DNA of 64,000 nucleotides from an uncultured Chlamydiae bacterium (GTDB taxonomy: Bacteria; Chlamydiota; Chlamydiia; Chlamydiales; SM23-39): the NCBI GenBank assembly GCA_963828125.1, contig CAWHDP010000001.1, positions 320,001 to 384,000 on the forward strand, written 5' to 3'. Within the stretch, counting starts at the first letter, position 1. Each line of letters starts with the position of its first letter. The translations under genes were made by a program, and so were the position numbers. Shown in pieces: positions 28,810 through 39,098 of this stretch. The notes under the pieces were generated by a model, which was given only the letters and a program-made list of their open reading frames with translations, was not told the DNA's origin and did no database searches.

Positions 28810-30108
28810 ATGTTTGAGAAAATCCAATATTATTTTCGGGATACCCTCTGGAACTTCCCTTTGAGCCAGGAGAGGGGGTGGCGCCGGGTGGTGTTGAGAT
28901 GGCTCCGGATCGTTTATCTCGCGGGGCGAGGGTTTTATTTGGATAAATGTAGTTTAAGCGCCTCATCTTTAACGTATTATACAATGATGTCCATCGTGCC
29001 GGTTCTCGCCATGGCCTTTGCTGTAGCGCGCGGATTTGGCTACCATGAGACATTGAGAGCGGAGCTGCTTGAGCGTTTTCCCGATCAGAACGAGGCTCTT
29101 ATTGAGCTTTTTAGTTATGCAGAGACCGTTCTTGAGCAGGCGAAGGGGGGGGTGGTTGCCGGATTTGGGTTGGTGATCCTGTTTTTGACTGTCGTCCTCC
29201 TTTTAAGCAATTTGGAATCGATCCTCAACCATGTTTGGGGGGTGAAAAACCTCCGCTCTTGGAGGCGGATTTTTAGCGACTACTTTGCTCTCATGCTCAT
29301 CGCCCCTATTTTTTTTGTCCTCGCGAGCAGCATGGCGGTTTTTGCTGTTGAGAATCTCGAGATCGGCATTCGGATCCTCCCCGTCAGCGGTTGGGCGATC
29401 TCCTGGCTCCTTTTTTTGGTCCATATCATCCCGTACTGTTTATTTTGGATCCTCTTCACTTTTATTTATCTCTTCATGCCCAATACGCAGGTCGATTTCC
29501 GTTCTGCTGCTTTGGCCGGTCTTTTTGCCGGATGTTTGTATTTGGCCGTTCAGTGGGGATACATCTATTTTCAGGTCGGCGTCAACCGGTACGGGGCGAT
29601 TTACGGGAGCATGGCGGCGCTTCCGCTCTTTCTTGTTTGGGTGCAGGTGAGCTGGTTCATCCTCCTTTTCGGCGCTGAATTGAACTGCGCTCATCAGACT
29701 TTAAATGAGCATGAATTTGAAGCTCAGGTGGGGCGGCTCAGCCATAATTTTAAACGGCTCATCAGCCTTTGGATTGTCCATCTCGCCATCAAAAAGGGGG
29801 AGTTTTCGTTGGATTTTTTGACGAGCGCGTACCACATTCCGCTCGCTTTAAGTAAGCCTATTTTACAAGAACTCATCGAGTGTGAGCTATTGTATGAAAC
29901 GAAAGAGAGCTATATCCCCTCTGCCAAAACCTCCGAAATGCGGATTGCCGATTGCCTAGAAGCTCTCGACCGGCGAGGAGAGAATCAATTTCCCTACATC
30001 GATTCAAAAGCGATCGGAGCTTTTGAAAAGGCGTTGGACCATTTTCGAAAAGCGATTGAATCAACCCCAGCCAACATCCGGTTAAGCCATGTACCCCATT
30101 CGATTTAA
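28810..30108 (+). CDS. YihY/BrkB-family membrane protein
   Basis: ASSLTYYTMMSIVP, YGAIYGSMAALPLFLVW, LFGAE. Confidence 0.92.
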   Translation: MFEKIQYYFRDTLWNFPLSQERGWRRVVLRWLRIVYLAGRGFYLDKCSLSASSLTYYTMMSIVPVLAMAFAVARGFGYHETLRAELLERFPDQNEALIELFSYAETVLEQAKGGVVAGFGLVILFLTVVLLLSNLESILNHVWGVKNLRSWRRIFSDYFALMLIAPIFFVLASSMAVFAVENLEIGIRILPVSGWAISWLLFLVHIIPYCLFWILFTFIYLFMPNTQVDFRSAALAGLFAGCLYLAVQWGYIYFQVGVNRYGAIYGSMAALPLFLVWVQVSWFILLFGAELNCAHQTLNEHEFEAQVGRLSHNFKRLISLWIVHLAIKKGEFSLDFLTSAYHIPLALSKPILQELIECELLYETKESYIPSAKTSEMRIADCLEALDRRGENQFPYIDSKAIGAFEKALDHFRKAIESTPANIRLSHVPHSI

Positions 30109-31027
30109 GCCGATCTATCAAACCTATATGTGGGGAGGGGATCGGATTGAGCGGCTCTTCCACCGGAAAACCGATCTGCCTCGCGTGGCGGAGAGTTGGG
30201 AAATTTCCGATCGCGAGGAGGGGATGAGCGTTGTGATGAACGGCCCCCTCAAAGGCAAGACGCTCCACGAACTTGTGGTGGAGATGGGGGAAGATCTGAT
30301 GGGGGTTGGACAAAACTATCGCCGTTTTCCGATTTTGGCAAAGATCATCGATGCGAAAGAGAACTTAAGCATCCAGGTTCACCCCGATGAGGCGAACTCT
30401 CCCAGTTTGCATGGCGAGGCAAAGGCCGAAATGTGGGTGATGTTGGACGACGGATCGGTATATGCCGGCCTTAAACAGCCGCCGGATGAAAAAGAGTTTA
30501 AAAAGGCCATCCAAGAAAATAGAGCGGAGCAGCTCATTGAGAAATTCGATCTGAAAAAGGGAGATGTGGTCAATATCCCTGGCGGACGGGTGCACGCTAT
30601 TTGCGCTGGATCGCTCATCTACGAAGTGCAGCAGAATTCAAATACGACCTACCGGTTATATGACTGGGGACGGCCTCGCGAATTGCATCTCGAGGAGGGC
30701 TTTGCGGCGATCCGCTGGGACGATAAATCTTCGGCCAAAGTCTCCCCACGCCATTTGAGCAGCGATCTCCATCACCAATGGGTGATTCTCGTCGAGACCC
30801 CCTACTTCATGGTCGAGCGGATCGATGTTTTCGATCAGCTTCACATCGCCCCAATTCCGAAGAGCTTCCAGATTTTATATTGCTTAGACGGGGAGGGGGA
30901 GGTTGGCGTCGACGGGAATCGGGAGCCGTTCCATCTCGGAATGACCTATTTGATCCCCGCCGCTTGTCATTCCATCGATCTGAAGGGGCCATGCCAGGCG
31001 TTAAGAATTCGGATGCCGCTCGGATGA
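30089..31027 (+). CDS. manA: Mannose-6-phosphate isomerase, class I
   Basis: WGG, LSIQVHPD, KAEMW, EVQQNSNTTYRLYDW. Confidence 0.92.
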   Translation: MYPIRFKPIYQTYMWGGDRIERLFHRKTDLPRVAESWEISDREEGMSVVMNGPLKGKTLHELVVEMGEDLMGVGQNYRRFPILAKIIDAKENLSIQVHPDEANSPSLHGEAKAEMWVMLDDGSVYAGLKQPPDEKEFKKAIQENRAEQLIEKFDLKKGDVVNIPGGRVHAICAGSLIYEVQQNSNTTYRLYDWGRPRELHLEEGFAAIRWDDKSSAKVSPRHLSSDLHHQWVILVETPYFMVERIDVFDQLHIAPIPKSFQILYCLDGEGEVGVDGNREPFHLGMTYLIPAACHSIDLKGPCQALRIRMPLG

Positions 31028-31887
31028 AGATAGAGCCGCTCTCTTTGATGCACCAGGCCCTTCTCGCCCCTAAATGGGGGGCTTTGGCCCTCCCCCTTTC
31101 CGAATATAGCTTTGCCAGCCGCTATCTTTTCCGGCGAGGACACGATCTTCATGTGGTTTGGATCGGGGAGCGGGTCTGGCTCAAGGGGAAGATGAGAGAT
31201 GGCACTCCCTATTTAATGCCGACGGAAGATATGAGGGAAATTCCAGAGGCGGAGCTTTGCGAAACGGTGAAAGGGGTCGATTGTTTTTATCCGATTCCAG
31301 AGGAGTGGATTCCGTCTTTCCAAAGATTCCAAATCCATTTCGATCGGGACGATTCCGATTATCTGTACACGAGAGAGCAAATTGCCGATTATCCTGGAAG
31401 GCACTTGAGCGCCAAACGGAATTTGGTGAAGCAATTTCAGGCGGCTTATACGGCGGAGATCGTAGAGTATCAGCCCCGTCTTGCTGAAGACGCCCTATCG
31501 ATCCTCCATGCATGGCAAGGCCGGTTCGACGGCAAAGAATCCGACTTTCTCCCCTGTCAAGATGGGATCCGGCTCTTCCTCGAATTGGGTTTAAGCGGGT
31601 ATTTAGTATACATCGAGGGGAATCCTGCTGCCTTGATCCTCGGCGAGTCGTTCGGCTTTTGTTTTGTGGTCCATTTTGCGAAAGCGTTGACCGAATATAA
31701 AGGGATATACCCCTACCTTTTTCAAGAACTCGCCCGCCGCCTCCCCGTTGAAACGATCCGTTGGCTCAATTGGGAACAAGACCTCGGCCAAGAGGGATTG
31801 CGACAATCGAAACTCTCGTATCAGCCCCATCAATTGGCGTCTAAATATCGGCTGTCCATTTATACTGCGGCCACCCAAAAAGTGTGA
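31024..31887 (+). CDS. DUF2156 / lysyltransferase C-terminal-like GNAT protein
   Basis: DYLY...GRHLSAKRN, VHFAKA, NWEQDLGQEGLRQSKLSY; ATGA overlap with manA. Confidence 0.85.
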   Translation: MKIEPLSLMHQALLAPKWGALALPLSEYSFASRYLFRRGHDLHVVWIGERVWLKGKMRDGTPYLMPTEDMREIPEAELCETVKGVDCFYPIPEEWIPSFQRFQIHFDRDDSDYLYTREQIADYPGRHLSAKRNLVKQFQAAYTAEIVEYQPRLAEDALSILHAWQGRFDGKESDFLPCQDGIRLFLELGLSGYLVYIEGNPAALILGESFGFCFVVHFAKALTEYKGIYPYLFQELARRLPVETIRWLNWEQDLGQEGLRQSKLSYQPHQLASKYRLSIYTAATQKV

Positions 31888-32136
31888 ATTTGGGGTGGCC
31901 GCAGTATAACTAGACATTGGCCATTTATCAGTGCTGGGCACCCTAGCCCGCATTTCTCACACATCCGCGGAAAATCTGCTCAATCTGTCACGCCATCTTT
32001 CGCCAATCGCTCGTCGCTAATCTGTCAAGCGATTTGCAAAATCTGGCGTAACATCTTGAGTACCTTTTCTCGCATCTGTGTGAGAAATGCGGGCTAGCTA
32101 TTTGCCTCGCAACGCCGATAAATGACCAATGTCCAG
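31861..32136. repeat. Nested palindrome/MITE cluster: family A (31861-31908), then family D ends (31910-31931, 32117-32136) enclosing family C (31943-32097)
   Basis: A: TATACTGCGGCCACCC..GGGTGGCCGCAGTATA; C: 21-bp perfect TIR CTAGCCCGCATTTCTCACACA; D: GACATTGGCCATTTATC / GATAAATGACCAATGTC. Confidence 0.92.
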
Positions 32137-32269
32137 TTTAATTTTAAATATTTTATTAAAATGCTTACAGTTTTAGGTAAATTTTTTTTTAATTAATATC
32201 TTTTTTATTTTAATATATTGTAAACGGCCTAGTTAGGTAGAATGTGAAAGGAACTAAAATGAGGATCTT

Positions 32270-32686
32270 ATGGCAATACAAGATACATTAACATTACTTG
32301 AACGGACTGTGAATCAGTATATGAATGTAATATCTAGATATCAAGAGTTTGATGATGAGCCTGAATTCACCCCGTACGGTGGCGTATTCGAACCCTCTGT
32401 TTCAGGGCTATCTCCGGAGGAAATAAAGGGGAATAAAAAGGCGAACAGACAAATAAGAATGCTCGATGTGGCTCATGAGCTCCATGAGACGGAAGATGGG
32501 CAGGGAAATATATTTGCCAAAATCGCGTTTATAAATAGATTAATAACTGCTGTCAAGAAAGAGTACCCGTCTTGTCAAGCCATTCAAGACAAGACATTAA
32601 GGGAGCGCGTCAGAAAAGTTCTTGAGGATGCTAAAGGAGTTCGTGATGATATGAACAAGATCCTTAAGTCTATGGGTTTTAAATAA
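32270..32686 (+). CDS. Hypothetical protein
   Basis: 138-aa ORF with GAGG RBS after a very AT-rich promoter region. Confidence 0.75.
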   Translation: MAIQDTLTLLERTVNQYMNVISRYQEFDDEPEFTPYGGVFEPSVSGLSPEEIKGNKKANRQIRMLDVAHELHETEDGQGNIFAKIAFINRLITAVKKEYPSCQAIQDKTLRERVRKVLEDAKGVRDDMNKILKSMGFK

Positions 32687-32768
32687 GTGATTGACTGCTG
32701 TCTTTTAATTTGCTGTTTTATTGTTTTTGTGTTATTTTTTACTGAAAAAAACAAATTTTAGGAGCCAT

Positions 32769-33755
32769 GTGAATAGTATTAATTCCAATCAACCGCCAGA
32801 AATGCTCACAACACCGCCGGTTCAGACGCCTGAGGTAAGCGACTCTCGAAAGCTTGTTGCTCAAATACGGCTGAATAAAAAAAAATTGAATGTGCAAATA
32901 GAGACAGGAAGTCAGGGCGGTAGCCCAACCAATTCACTGAGTCGCCGTGCTCTAGCTAGCCCTGCTAATAAAAGCGGCGGCAGTAGTCCAAGTAGTGCCA
33001 GTAGTGCGAGTTCGGCTGGTGAGCTGAATTGGCAAGCACTTCCCAAGGGTTTTGATTTGTCTCAAGCAGGTCCACCACTCAGAATGGCCCGGCATGGCAG
33101 TGTCGTTGATGAATCGACAGTGGATCAGAATTCATATATCAAACTGGGCAAAGATCAACGAGAAGCTCAGTGTTCAATCACAGTTAAGAATGGAAAAATA
33201 ATGCACAATGAAAACCCGCTCAGCACAGACGGTCCTATGAATTTTGTGTTGTTAGATACTGGAAAAATCTACATAGCCAACTCTGTCAATGAACAAATTT
33301 TTCACTCGAGCTTAGTACAAGATGACGAAGATGTGTGTGCAGCTGGTACGTTAAAAGCGGTCGATGGCGAGCTAACCTATATGGATGAAAATTCAGGCCA
33401 TTACAAGCCGTACAATCGCGTCGGATATGCAGCAGCTAGGCTCAGGGACATGGGGTGCGATACTTCACAACTCACGGTGCAGATTTCTCGTCGCGCCCCT
33501 ATTTCCGATGACGAGCGTTCGCCATCGACCTCAAAAGAGCGGCTTAGCAAGCTCGCGGCGATTTTAACAAAGAAGGGCCAGTCGCAGACAGGCTCTGCCC
33601 CAGCTTCTCCTACAGCCACTTCTACACCCCGCTTTTCCCGAACAAAGGAGGAGACCAAAGATAACCGCTTTTTGCCCAGTCCTAAGCTGGTACAGCTAAA
33701 AAATCCCAAATTGGCAGCCATACAACAACAACAAAAGCCACCTGAACCCCAGTAA
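32769..33755 (+). CDS. Putative type III effector with an HSS...AAG...SGHYxP domain
   Basis: GTG start after AGGAG; Ser-rich low-complexity termini; FHSSL, AAGTL, ENSGHYKP. Confidence 0.7.
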   Translation: MNSINSNQPPEMLTTPPVQTPEVSDSRKLVAQIRLNKKKLNVQIETGSQGGSPTNSLSRRALASPANKSGGSSPSSASSASSAGELNWQALPKGFDLSQAGPPLRMARHGSVVDESTVDQNSYIKLGKDQREAQCSITVKNGKIMHNENPLSTDGPMNFVLLDTGKIYIANSVNEQIFHSSLVQDDEDVCAAGTLKAVDGELTYMDENSGHYKPYNRVGYAAARLRDMGCDTSQLTVQISRRAPISDDERSPSTSKERLSKLAAILTKKGQSQTGSAPASPTATSTPRFSRTKEETKDNRFLPSPKLVQLKNPKLAAIQQQQKPPEPQ

Positions 33756-34733
33756 TCAATGCTGACCGAGCTTTGCGAGCGCCTGTTTGGCGAGGGCAAG
33801 CCCGCTCAGTTCGCTGATCCGGTCCCCGATCGAGCTGGCCTCGATGCGGCAGGACTGGACGTTCTCTCGCCAGGCAAAGCGGGGGAGCTGTTTTTTCAAG
33901 GGCTCCAGCAAGAGGGGCCCTGCGTGGATGGCGATGGTGCCGAGGATGACGACTTCGGGATTGAAGTTCATCAAGACGACGCCGATCCCTTGAGCGAGGC
34001 GGATGATGAATTCATCCCACACTTTAAGGGCATAGCGATCCCCTTTTTTCACTGCATTGACAAGACAAGCCGCATCGACTTTGCTTAAGTCCCCATTGGC
34101 TTCGATGAGAATATCAGTCTGAATCCGTTCCCCTTGGATCTCTTCTTGCATTTTTTTTGCAAGGGCGGCTCCTCCGCAGTAGACTTCAAAACACCCTTTT
34201 TGACCGCAGGGACAGAGAGGCCCGTCAATATCGAGGACAAAGTGGCCCACTTCGGCTGCCGTATCAGATACTCCCTGCACGAGGGCTCCGTTGACGATCG
34301 CCCCTCCGCCCATTCCGGTGCTACAGGTGAGGTAGACTAAATTAGGGGTTCCCTTAGAACTCCCAAATTGAAATTCGGCGACGCCCGCTGCATTGGCGTC
34401 GTTATTCATCATCACGGCTTTGTGAAAAGCGTCTTTAAAATACTGGACAAGGGGAGCGTTTTCCCAGCCGGGGAGATTGGGGGGCTTTAACATTTTCCCC
34501 TCTCTCGTCGAGATGGGGCCTGGCGAGGAGACGCCAATGGCGCCGATTTGGTTTAAATCGATCTGTTCCTCTCTCAACATGTCTTGGATGAGCGTCTCAA
34601 TGGCCTTGAGTCCGTTTTTCCAGTTTTTGAGCGGCTGAGTGAGGATCCTCTTGGAGGCGATGATTTTCCCGGTATGATCTCCGATGCAAACGCAAATTTT
34701 TGTCCCTCCGATATCGACGCCCACTAAATGCAT
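33756..34733 (-). CDS. ROK-family sugar kinase (glucokinase-like)
   Basis: GVDIGGTK, NDANAA, TGMGGG, EVGH, CPCGQKGCFE. Confidence 0.93.
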   Translation of the reverse strand: MHLVGVDIGGTKICVCIGDHTGKIIASKRILTQPLKNWKNGLKAIETLIQDMLREEQIDLNQIGAIGVSSPGPISTREGKMLKPPNLPGWENAPLVQYFKDAFHKAVMMNNDANAAGVAEFQFGSSKGTPNLVYLTCSTGMGGGAIVNGALVQGVSDTAAEVGHFVLDIDGPLCPCGQKGCFEVYCGGAALAKKMQEEIQGERIQTDILIEANGDLSKVDAACLVNAVKKGDRYALKVWDEFIIRLAQGIGVVLMNFNPEVVILGTIAIHAGPLLLEPLKKQLPRFAWRENVQSCRIEASSIGDRISELSGLALAKQALAKLGQH

Positions 34734-35555
34734 ATCCAACCTTGCCCTATTCAAAATTTGATGCTACCATTACCCTCAGATATGCTGCAACTGACCGCTG
34801 TTCTCTTGTTTGGATTGGCTTGGTTTGGGGGAGTCTCGCTCTTGAATGCGGCGGCCCACAAGCTCCCTTGTCCCCGCTTGATCCATTGGATTTATGCGAT
34901 GACTTTTGAGACGCTCGCTCTTCTTTCCGTTTTGTTGATGCGCTTTTTCCCCATATCAAAAAAAGTCAAAGGGAACGGGCGCCCGATTCTCCTCATCCAC
35001 GGCTATCTAAACCATGGCTCAGTCTGGCGTTTTCCGAAAAGGAGGCTTGAGGGTCTCGGGTTCGGACCGATTTACACAATCAATCTGGGCCATCCGTTTC
35101 GCCCGATCCGGATCTACGCCGAAAAAGTAGCCGTCCAAGCCGAAAAAATCGCCAAAGAAACCGGAAGGAAAGATCTGATTCTGATCGGCCATTCGATGGG
35201 AGGGCTGGTCGGGGGCTATTATGCGACTCATCTAGCCCCTCCTCACACCGTCACAGATGTGATGACTCTCGGCACGCCCCTGTTCGGCACCCCGCTGGCC
35301 CGGATCGCCCTCGGCCCGAACGGAAGAGAAATGGAACCCCGCTCCCTTTTTTTAAGGGCGCTCAGGGAGGCGATGGCTGCTCACAGGAGCCAAATCCGAT
35401 TCTATCATATTGCCACTCAAAGCGATCAATTAGTGATTCCCGGCGAATCGGCAGTGATCCCTGAACATCCGCACCGGATTTTCGAAGATATCGGCCATGC
35501 GAGTCTCCTCTATTCCAAACGTGTGATCCACCAAATCAGCCAATGGCTTTTATAA
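34728..35555 (+). CDS. Alpha/beta hydrolase (lipase/esterase); true start probably further downstream
   Basis: LIHGY, GHSMGG, DQLV, GHASLL. Confidence 0.88.
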   Translation: MHIQPCPIQNLMLPLPSDMLQLTAVLLFGLAWFGGVSLLNAAAHKLPCPRLIHWIYAMTFETLALLSVLLMRFFPISKKVKGNGRPILLIHGYLNHGSVWRFPKRRLEGLGFGPIYTINLGHPFRPIRIYAEKVAVQAEKIAKETGRKDLILIGHSMGGLVGGYYATHLAPPHTVTDVMTLGTPLFGTPLARIALGPNGREMEPRSLFLRALREAMAAHRSQIRFYHIATQSDQLVIPGESAVIPEHPHRIFEDIGHASLLYSKRVIHQISQWLL

Positions 35556-35636
35556 AGGAGCGCATTCCTGTTTGCTAGCCCGCATTTCCTGGGAAGAAAC
35601 CGGCCGCGGTTTTCCCTTGAGAAAGCCATATGTCCT

Positions 35637-36098
35637 CTATGAGATTTCGGCCGAATCGCCGGTGACCGTGATCTGAATCCAAAGATCGCGCGGATCGAGG
35701 GTGACCGTCTCCTCGTGGCTCGTGCTGCGCGGCCAGGTGTTTTGGCCATGGCTCACTTCCCACTGGAGCCTATATTTGCCTGGCGGTTTTTGAAAACTCG
35801 CTTGACCTCTGTAACCGTAAATATCGCGCGGCTTTAGGGGAATCTGTGTCCCATCAAAGCCGGCGCTGAGAATGGCCGCCCCGTTTGGATTCGGATCATT
35901 GTAGACGAGTACTTGAACCCGAACCAAATCGGGATTTCCTGGGAGTTTTTCATTGGGGCCCAGATAGGTGTTTGTATTTTGGGCGACGAAATTTGCATGG
36001 CGGCCAGTTGTCATAGGGTCAAAGATGAGGAGAACGGCGAAGATCAGTAACATCGTGCCGAAACCTAGGAGGCATTGAAAGAATTTTTGAGCGCCCAT
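35637..36098 (-). CDS. Membrane-anchored hypothetical protein
   Basis: N-terminal TM segment followed by a beta-rich domain. Confidence 0.7.
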   Translation of the reverse strand: MGAQKFFQCLLGFGTMLLIFAVLLIFDPMTTGRHANFVAQNTNTYLGPNEKLPGNPDLVRVQVLVYNDPNPNGAAILSAGFDGTQIPLKPRDIYGYRGQASFQKPPGKYRLQWEVSHGQNTWPRSTSHEETVTLDPRDLWIQITVTGDSAEIS

Positions 36099-36200
36099 AA
36101 CTGGATCTAATCAAGGGGTCTCATTTTATTCAAGCTTGATACTGAAGTTTGCAAAAATTAGTCAGAGACGGTATGAACACATTTTCTACCGGAGTGATTT

Positions 36201-37001
36201 ATGCATGCTCTTTTATCGACCCTCATCCTTGCTGTCATGGCAGTAACCCCATCCGATTCAAACATTTCTAGCATACGGACTATGCCGGTTGCTAGGACGC
36301 CCGAATCGAGCACCATTATTTTGAGGATCGCGATCCCTCAGGATGGGGAGCTGGTCGGCAGTCCGACTTGGATCCAATTTCGGATCGATGGCTTTGCCCT
36401 CGGGGCCCCCTCCCAGTTTGGCAGAGCCTCTGAGATTGTTCAGACCGATATGGGACAAACTGTCCACGTTGTCATAGATAATAAACCCTATTTCCCAATC
36501 AATGAGCCGGCTCTTGATCCATTTGATGAAGGGGGCTATTTTTACGACATGAGTTACAAGTTCGAAGTCCCTGATCGGCTAGATCCAGGGATGCACACGA
36601 TCCGGATGTTTCCTGCCCGATCTTTTGGGGAGAGCCTCAAGGGGGAGAATACATTCGCCGCCATCAATTTTTATGTGGGAAAAGAAAAAAACAAACCGGG
36701 TAGAGACCTCTCTCTTCCCTATATTACTTATAATGAGCCGAGCGATCAACTGCCCCTCTCCGCGAATCAGCCTGTCCTCCTCGACTTCTACGTGACGAAT
36801 GCCGAATTGAGTCCAGATGGGTATAAAGTCCGGCTCACCATCGATGGGAAAACGAATCGAACGATCACCTCTTGGCAACCTTATTATATTTACGGCCTCA
36901 CATCGGGCAAACATACGATTCGCCTCGAACTGCTCGATAAAGAGAATAAACCGGTCGCCGGGGAATTCAACGATGTTACTCAAACAATTTATATTAAATA
37001 G
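36201..37001 (+). CDS. Exported hypothetical protein with two Ig-like halves
   Basis: Signal peptide; repeated LxxGxHTIR. Confidence 0.75.
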   Translation: MHALLSTLILAVMAVTPSDSNISSIRTMPVARTPESSTIILRIAIPQDGELVGSPTWIQFRIDGFALGAPSQFGRASEIVQTDMGQTVHVVIDNKPYFPINEPALDPFDEGGYFYDMSYKFEVPDRLDPGMHTIRMFPARSFGESLKGENTFAAINFYVGKEKNKPGRDLSLPYITYNEPSDQLPLSANQPVLLDFYVTNAELSPDGYKVRLTIDGKTNRTITSWQPYYIYGLTSGKHTIRLELLDKENKPVAGEFNDVTQTIYIK

Positions 37002-37044
37002 AAATTATTTTATATTTTTTTATGTATGTTGTTTTTTTCTGATA

Positions 37045-37071
37045 AAAGTTCAGGCCCCGAAGGGGAACTTT
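37045..37071. terminator. Hairpin between convergent genes
   Basis: AAAGTTC-AGG-CCCCGAAGGGG-AACTTT. Confidence 0.4.
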
Positions 37072-37140
37072 TACACTACAGCTATCCCAAGAAAAGGGGG
37101 CCGCAGCATACCTTCTCTTTTAGACTTCACATCAAACGTC

Positions 37141-38706
37141 TCATTCCTCCCGTCTAAACTTCTCAAAAAGGATGCCGCCTGAGGGGGTAACAGCGATCTG
37201 TTTGACGCGGGGGCTGCATAGGGCGGGCGAGCTCCAGTGATAAATGGGGGCGAGGGGCGTATCACGGACTAAAAGCTCTTCTGCTTCCATCAGAAGACCG
37301 GTTCTTACCGAAGATATCGCCACAGCCGCTTCATTGAGGAGGCGGTTGTATTCGGTTCTTTCCCAGCCAGGATAGTTTTTTAAATGGGTTCGATCCCTGA
37401 ACCGATCGAGGAGGCTGATGGGATCGTCAAATGGGGCGATCCATGAGGCGAGGGAGAGCAGATAGGTTTTAGCTTGCAATTGAGCTGCGTGGCTTTTGAA
37501 ATCGAGTTGCCCCAGTTGGACGGTCACTCCCAACACCTCTTTCCATTGCTGTTGGAGCGTTTGTGCGAGTTGTTTGTCTATTAGGCTCGTTTTAAAATAG
37601 AGGATGAGTGTTTCAAGCTCTTGAGGTTTGATCCCCAATTCGGCAAGTCCCTGTTCGAACTCAATGCGGGCTTTCGTCGGATCGAAAAGGGGGAATGATT
37701 GGCTCGAAAAGGAGGGGGGAAGGACCGATCTGGCGGCTATTTGTCTTCCTTGCGTCACTCTTTGGACGATCTCTTCTCGATTGATCGCGAGAGAAAAAGC
37801 TTTTCGCAAATGGATGTTATTGAAAGGAAATGTCTCGGTGTTGAAGGCGCAGAAGGTGGAAGCTGAGCAGGGGAGATATTGGATCTGATTTTGGAGCTTG
37901 TCAATTGCATCTGGGGGCAGAGGGGAGACGGAGCCTCCCAGCCAATCGAGATCGCCCCGTTCGAACATTTGCAAAGCGGTCATCTCATCGGAGACGATAC
38001 TGATGTGGATTTCGTCGAGGGAGATCTGGTCCCGGTTCCAGTAGCTCCCATTTTTTTTCAGGACGATTTCGCTATTCATGGCTATTTTTTCGATGCGAAA
38101 GGGGCCGCTGTAAAGGGTCAAGTCATCTTTAGCTGGAAGGAAGCTCGGAAAGGCAGTCAGAGAGTAAAAATAGGGGGTCGGGCGCTCCAATTCGACCCGT
38201 AAAGTTCGGTCATTGAGAGCCTTGATCCCTACCTCTTCAACGGAGATTTTCCCCCGAGCGCATAGCTCAGCATTTCGGATCGGATAAAACAGATAGGTGC
38301 AGCTCGATGGCTGGGAGAGGATCTGTTTCCACGACCTTTCAAAATCGGCTGCAGTGATGACTTGCCCATCGGTCCAATAGGCTTTCCGCAAATGGAAAAG
38401 ATAAACGGTCCGGTTGGCGGAGATTTCGAGCTTTTCGGCGAGGGCCAATTCCACCTCTCCCCCCCCTTTGCAGCGAGTCAACCCTTCATAGATCATGCAG
38501 ACTAAGGTAGATGAGGTAAAATCGCCCGCCTTCCTCGGATCGGAGCTCGTCGGGTGGCAATTAAAGGAGATTTTAAGAGAGCGTCTGGGAGGATCGCTCT
38601 TCGAGCAACTGGCAAGAATCAATAACCCGCTGAGAAACCATGTGATCGCGCTTGTCAAAGTAAGCCATTTTTTGTAACGTAGTGGAATAGTATAGCAGGT
38701 TTTCAA
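37141..38706 (-). CDS. oppA: Oligopeptide ABC transporter substrate-binding lipoprotein (start uncertain)
   Basis: LASC lipobox, YEGLTR, WTDGQVITAADF, LRKAFSLAINR. Confidence 0.88.
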   Translation of the reverse strand: MKTCYTIPLRYKKWLTLTSAITWFLSGLLILASCSKSDPPRRSLKISFNCHPTSSDPRKAGDFTSSTLVCMIYEGLTRCKGGGEVELALAEKLEISANRTVYLFHLRKAYWTDGQVITAADFERSWKQILSQPSSCTYLFYPIRNAELCARGKISVEEVGIKALNDRTLRVELERPTPYFYSLTAFPSFLPAKDDLTLYSGPFRIEKIAMNSEIVLKKNGSYWNRDQISLDEIHISIVSDEMTALQMFERGDLDWLGGSVSPLPPDAIDKLQNQIQYLPCSASTFCAFNTETFPFNNIHLRKAFSLAINREEIVQRVTQGRQIAARSVLPPSFSSQSFPLFDPTKARIEFEQGLAELGIKPQELETLILYFKTSLIDKQLAQTLQQQWKEVLGVTVQLGQLDFKSHAAQLQAKTYLLSLASWIAPFDDPISLLDRFRDRTHLKNYPGWERTEYNRLLNEAAVAISSVRTGLLMEAEELLVRDTPLAPIYHWSSPALCSPRVKQIAVTPSGGILFEKFRREE

Positions 38707-39098
38707 TGAATTACCTCAAGAGCTTAGTCATAAACTTCTTAGTCATCTTCTTTTCGGACCATATCCTCCCCGGCATTCAAGTCATAGATCAGACGAAGCT
38801 GCCCCATATTGGCGGCGATATGATTTTGGCTGTTGGACTCGGATTCCTCAATTCTCTCATTTATCCGGTCATGAAGGGGCTCCACAAAGACCCCTCTTCT
38901 ATAAAAATTGCCTTTTCTGCTCTGATTTTGAATTTTGCGGCCTATGGCCTTGTGAAGTTGCTCCCTCTCGGGATTGCGATTTCGAGCGTTGAGGGGTATA
39001 TTCTCGCCTCCGGGATTGTGGCCGTCGGCAGCTTTTTGACCAATTTCTTCGAAATGAAGCGGCATGCGTCGCACGCAACGGGGATCGATTCACAATGA
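38706..39098 (+). CDS. 4-TM membrane protein (phage-holin superfamily IV-like)
   Basis: LPGIQV, LGFLNSLIYP; paralogue of the next gene. Confidence 0.65.
   Translation: MNYLKSLVINFLVIFFSDHILPGIQVIDQTKLPHIGGDMILAVGLGFLNSLIYPVMKGLHKDPSSIKIAFSALILNFAAYGLVKLLPLGIAISSVEGYILASGIVAVGSFLTNFFEMKRHASHATGIDSQ

Noticed and set aside
31861..32136. CRISPR array or tRNA-like gene
   Set aside because: Repeats are inverted and dispersed, not regularly spaced direct repeats; no cas genes; no tRNA, rRNA or CRISPR array recognised in the window
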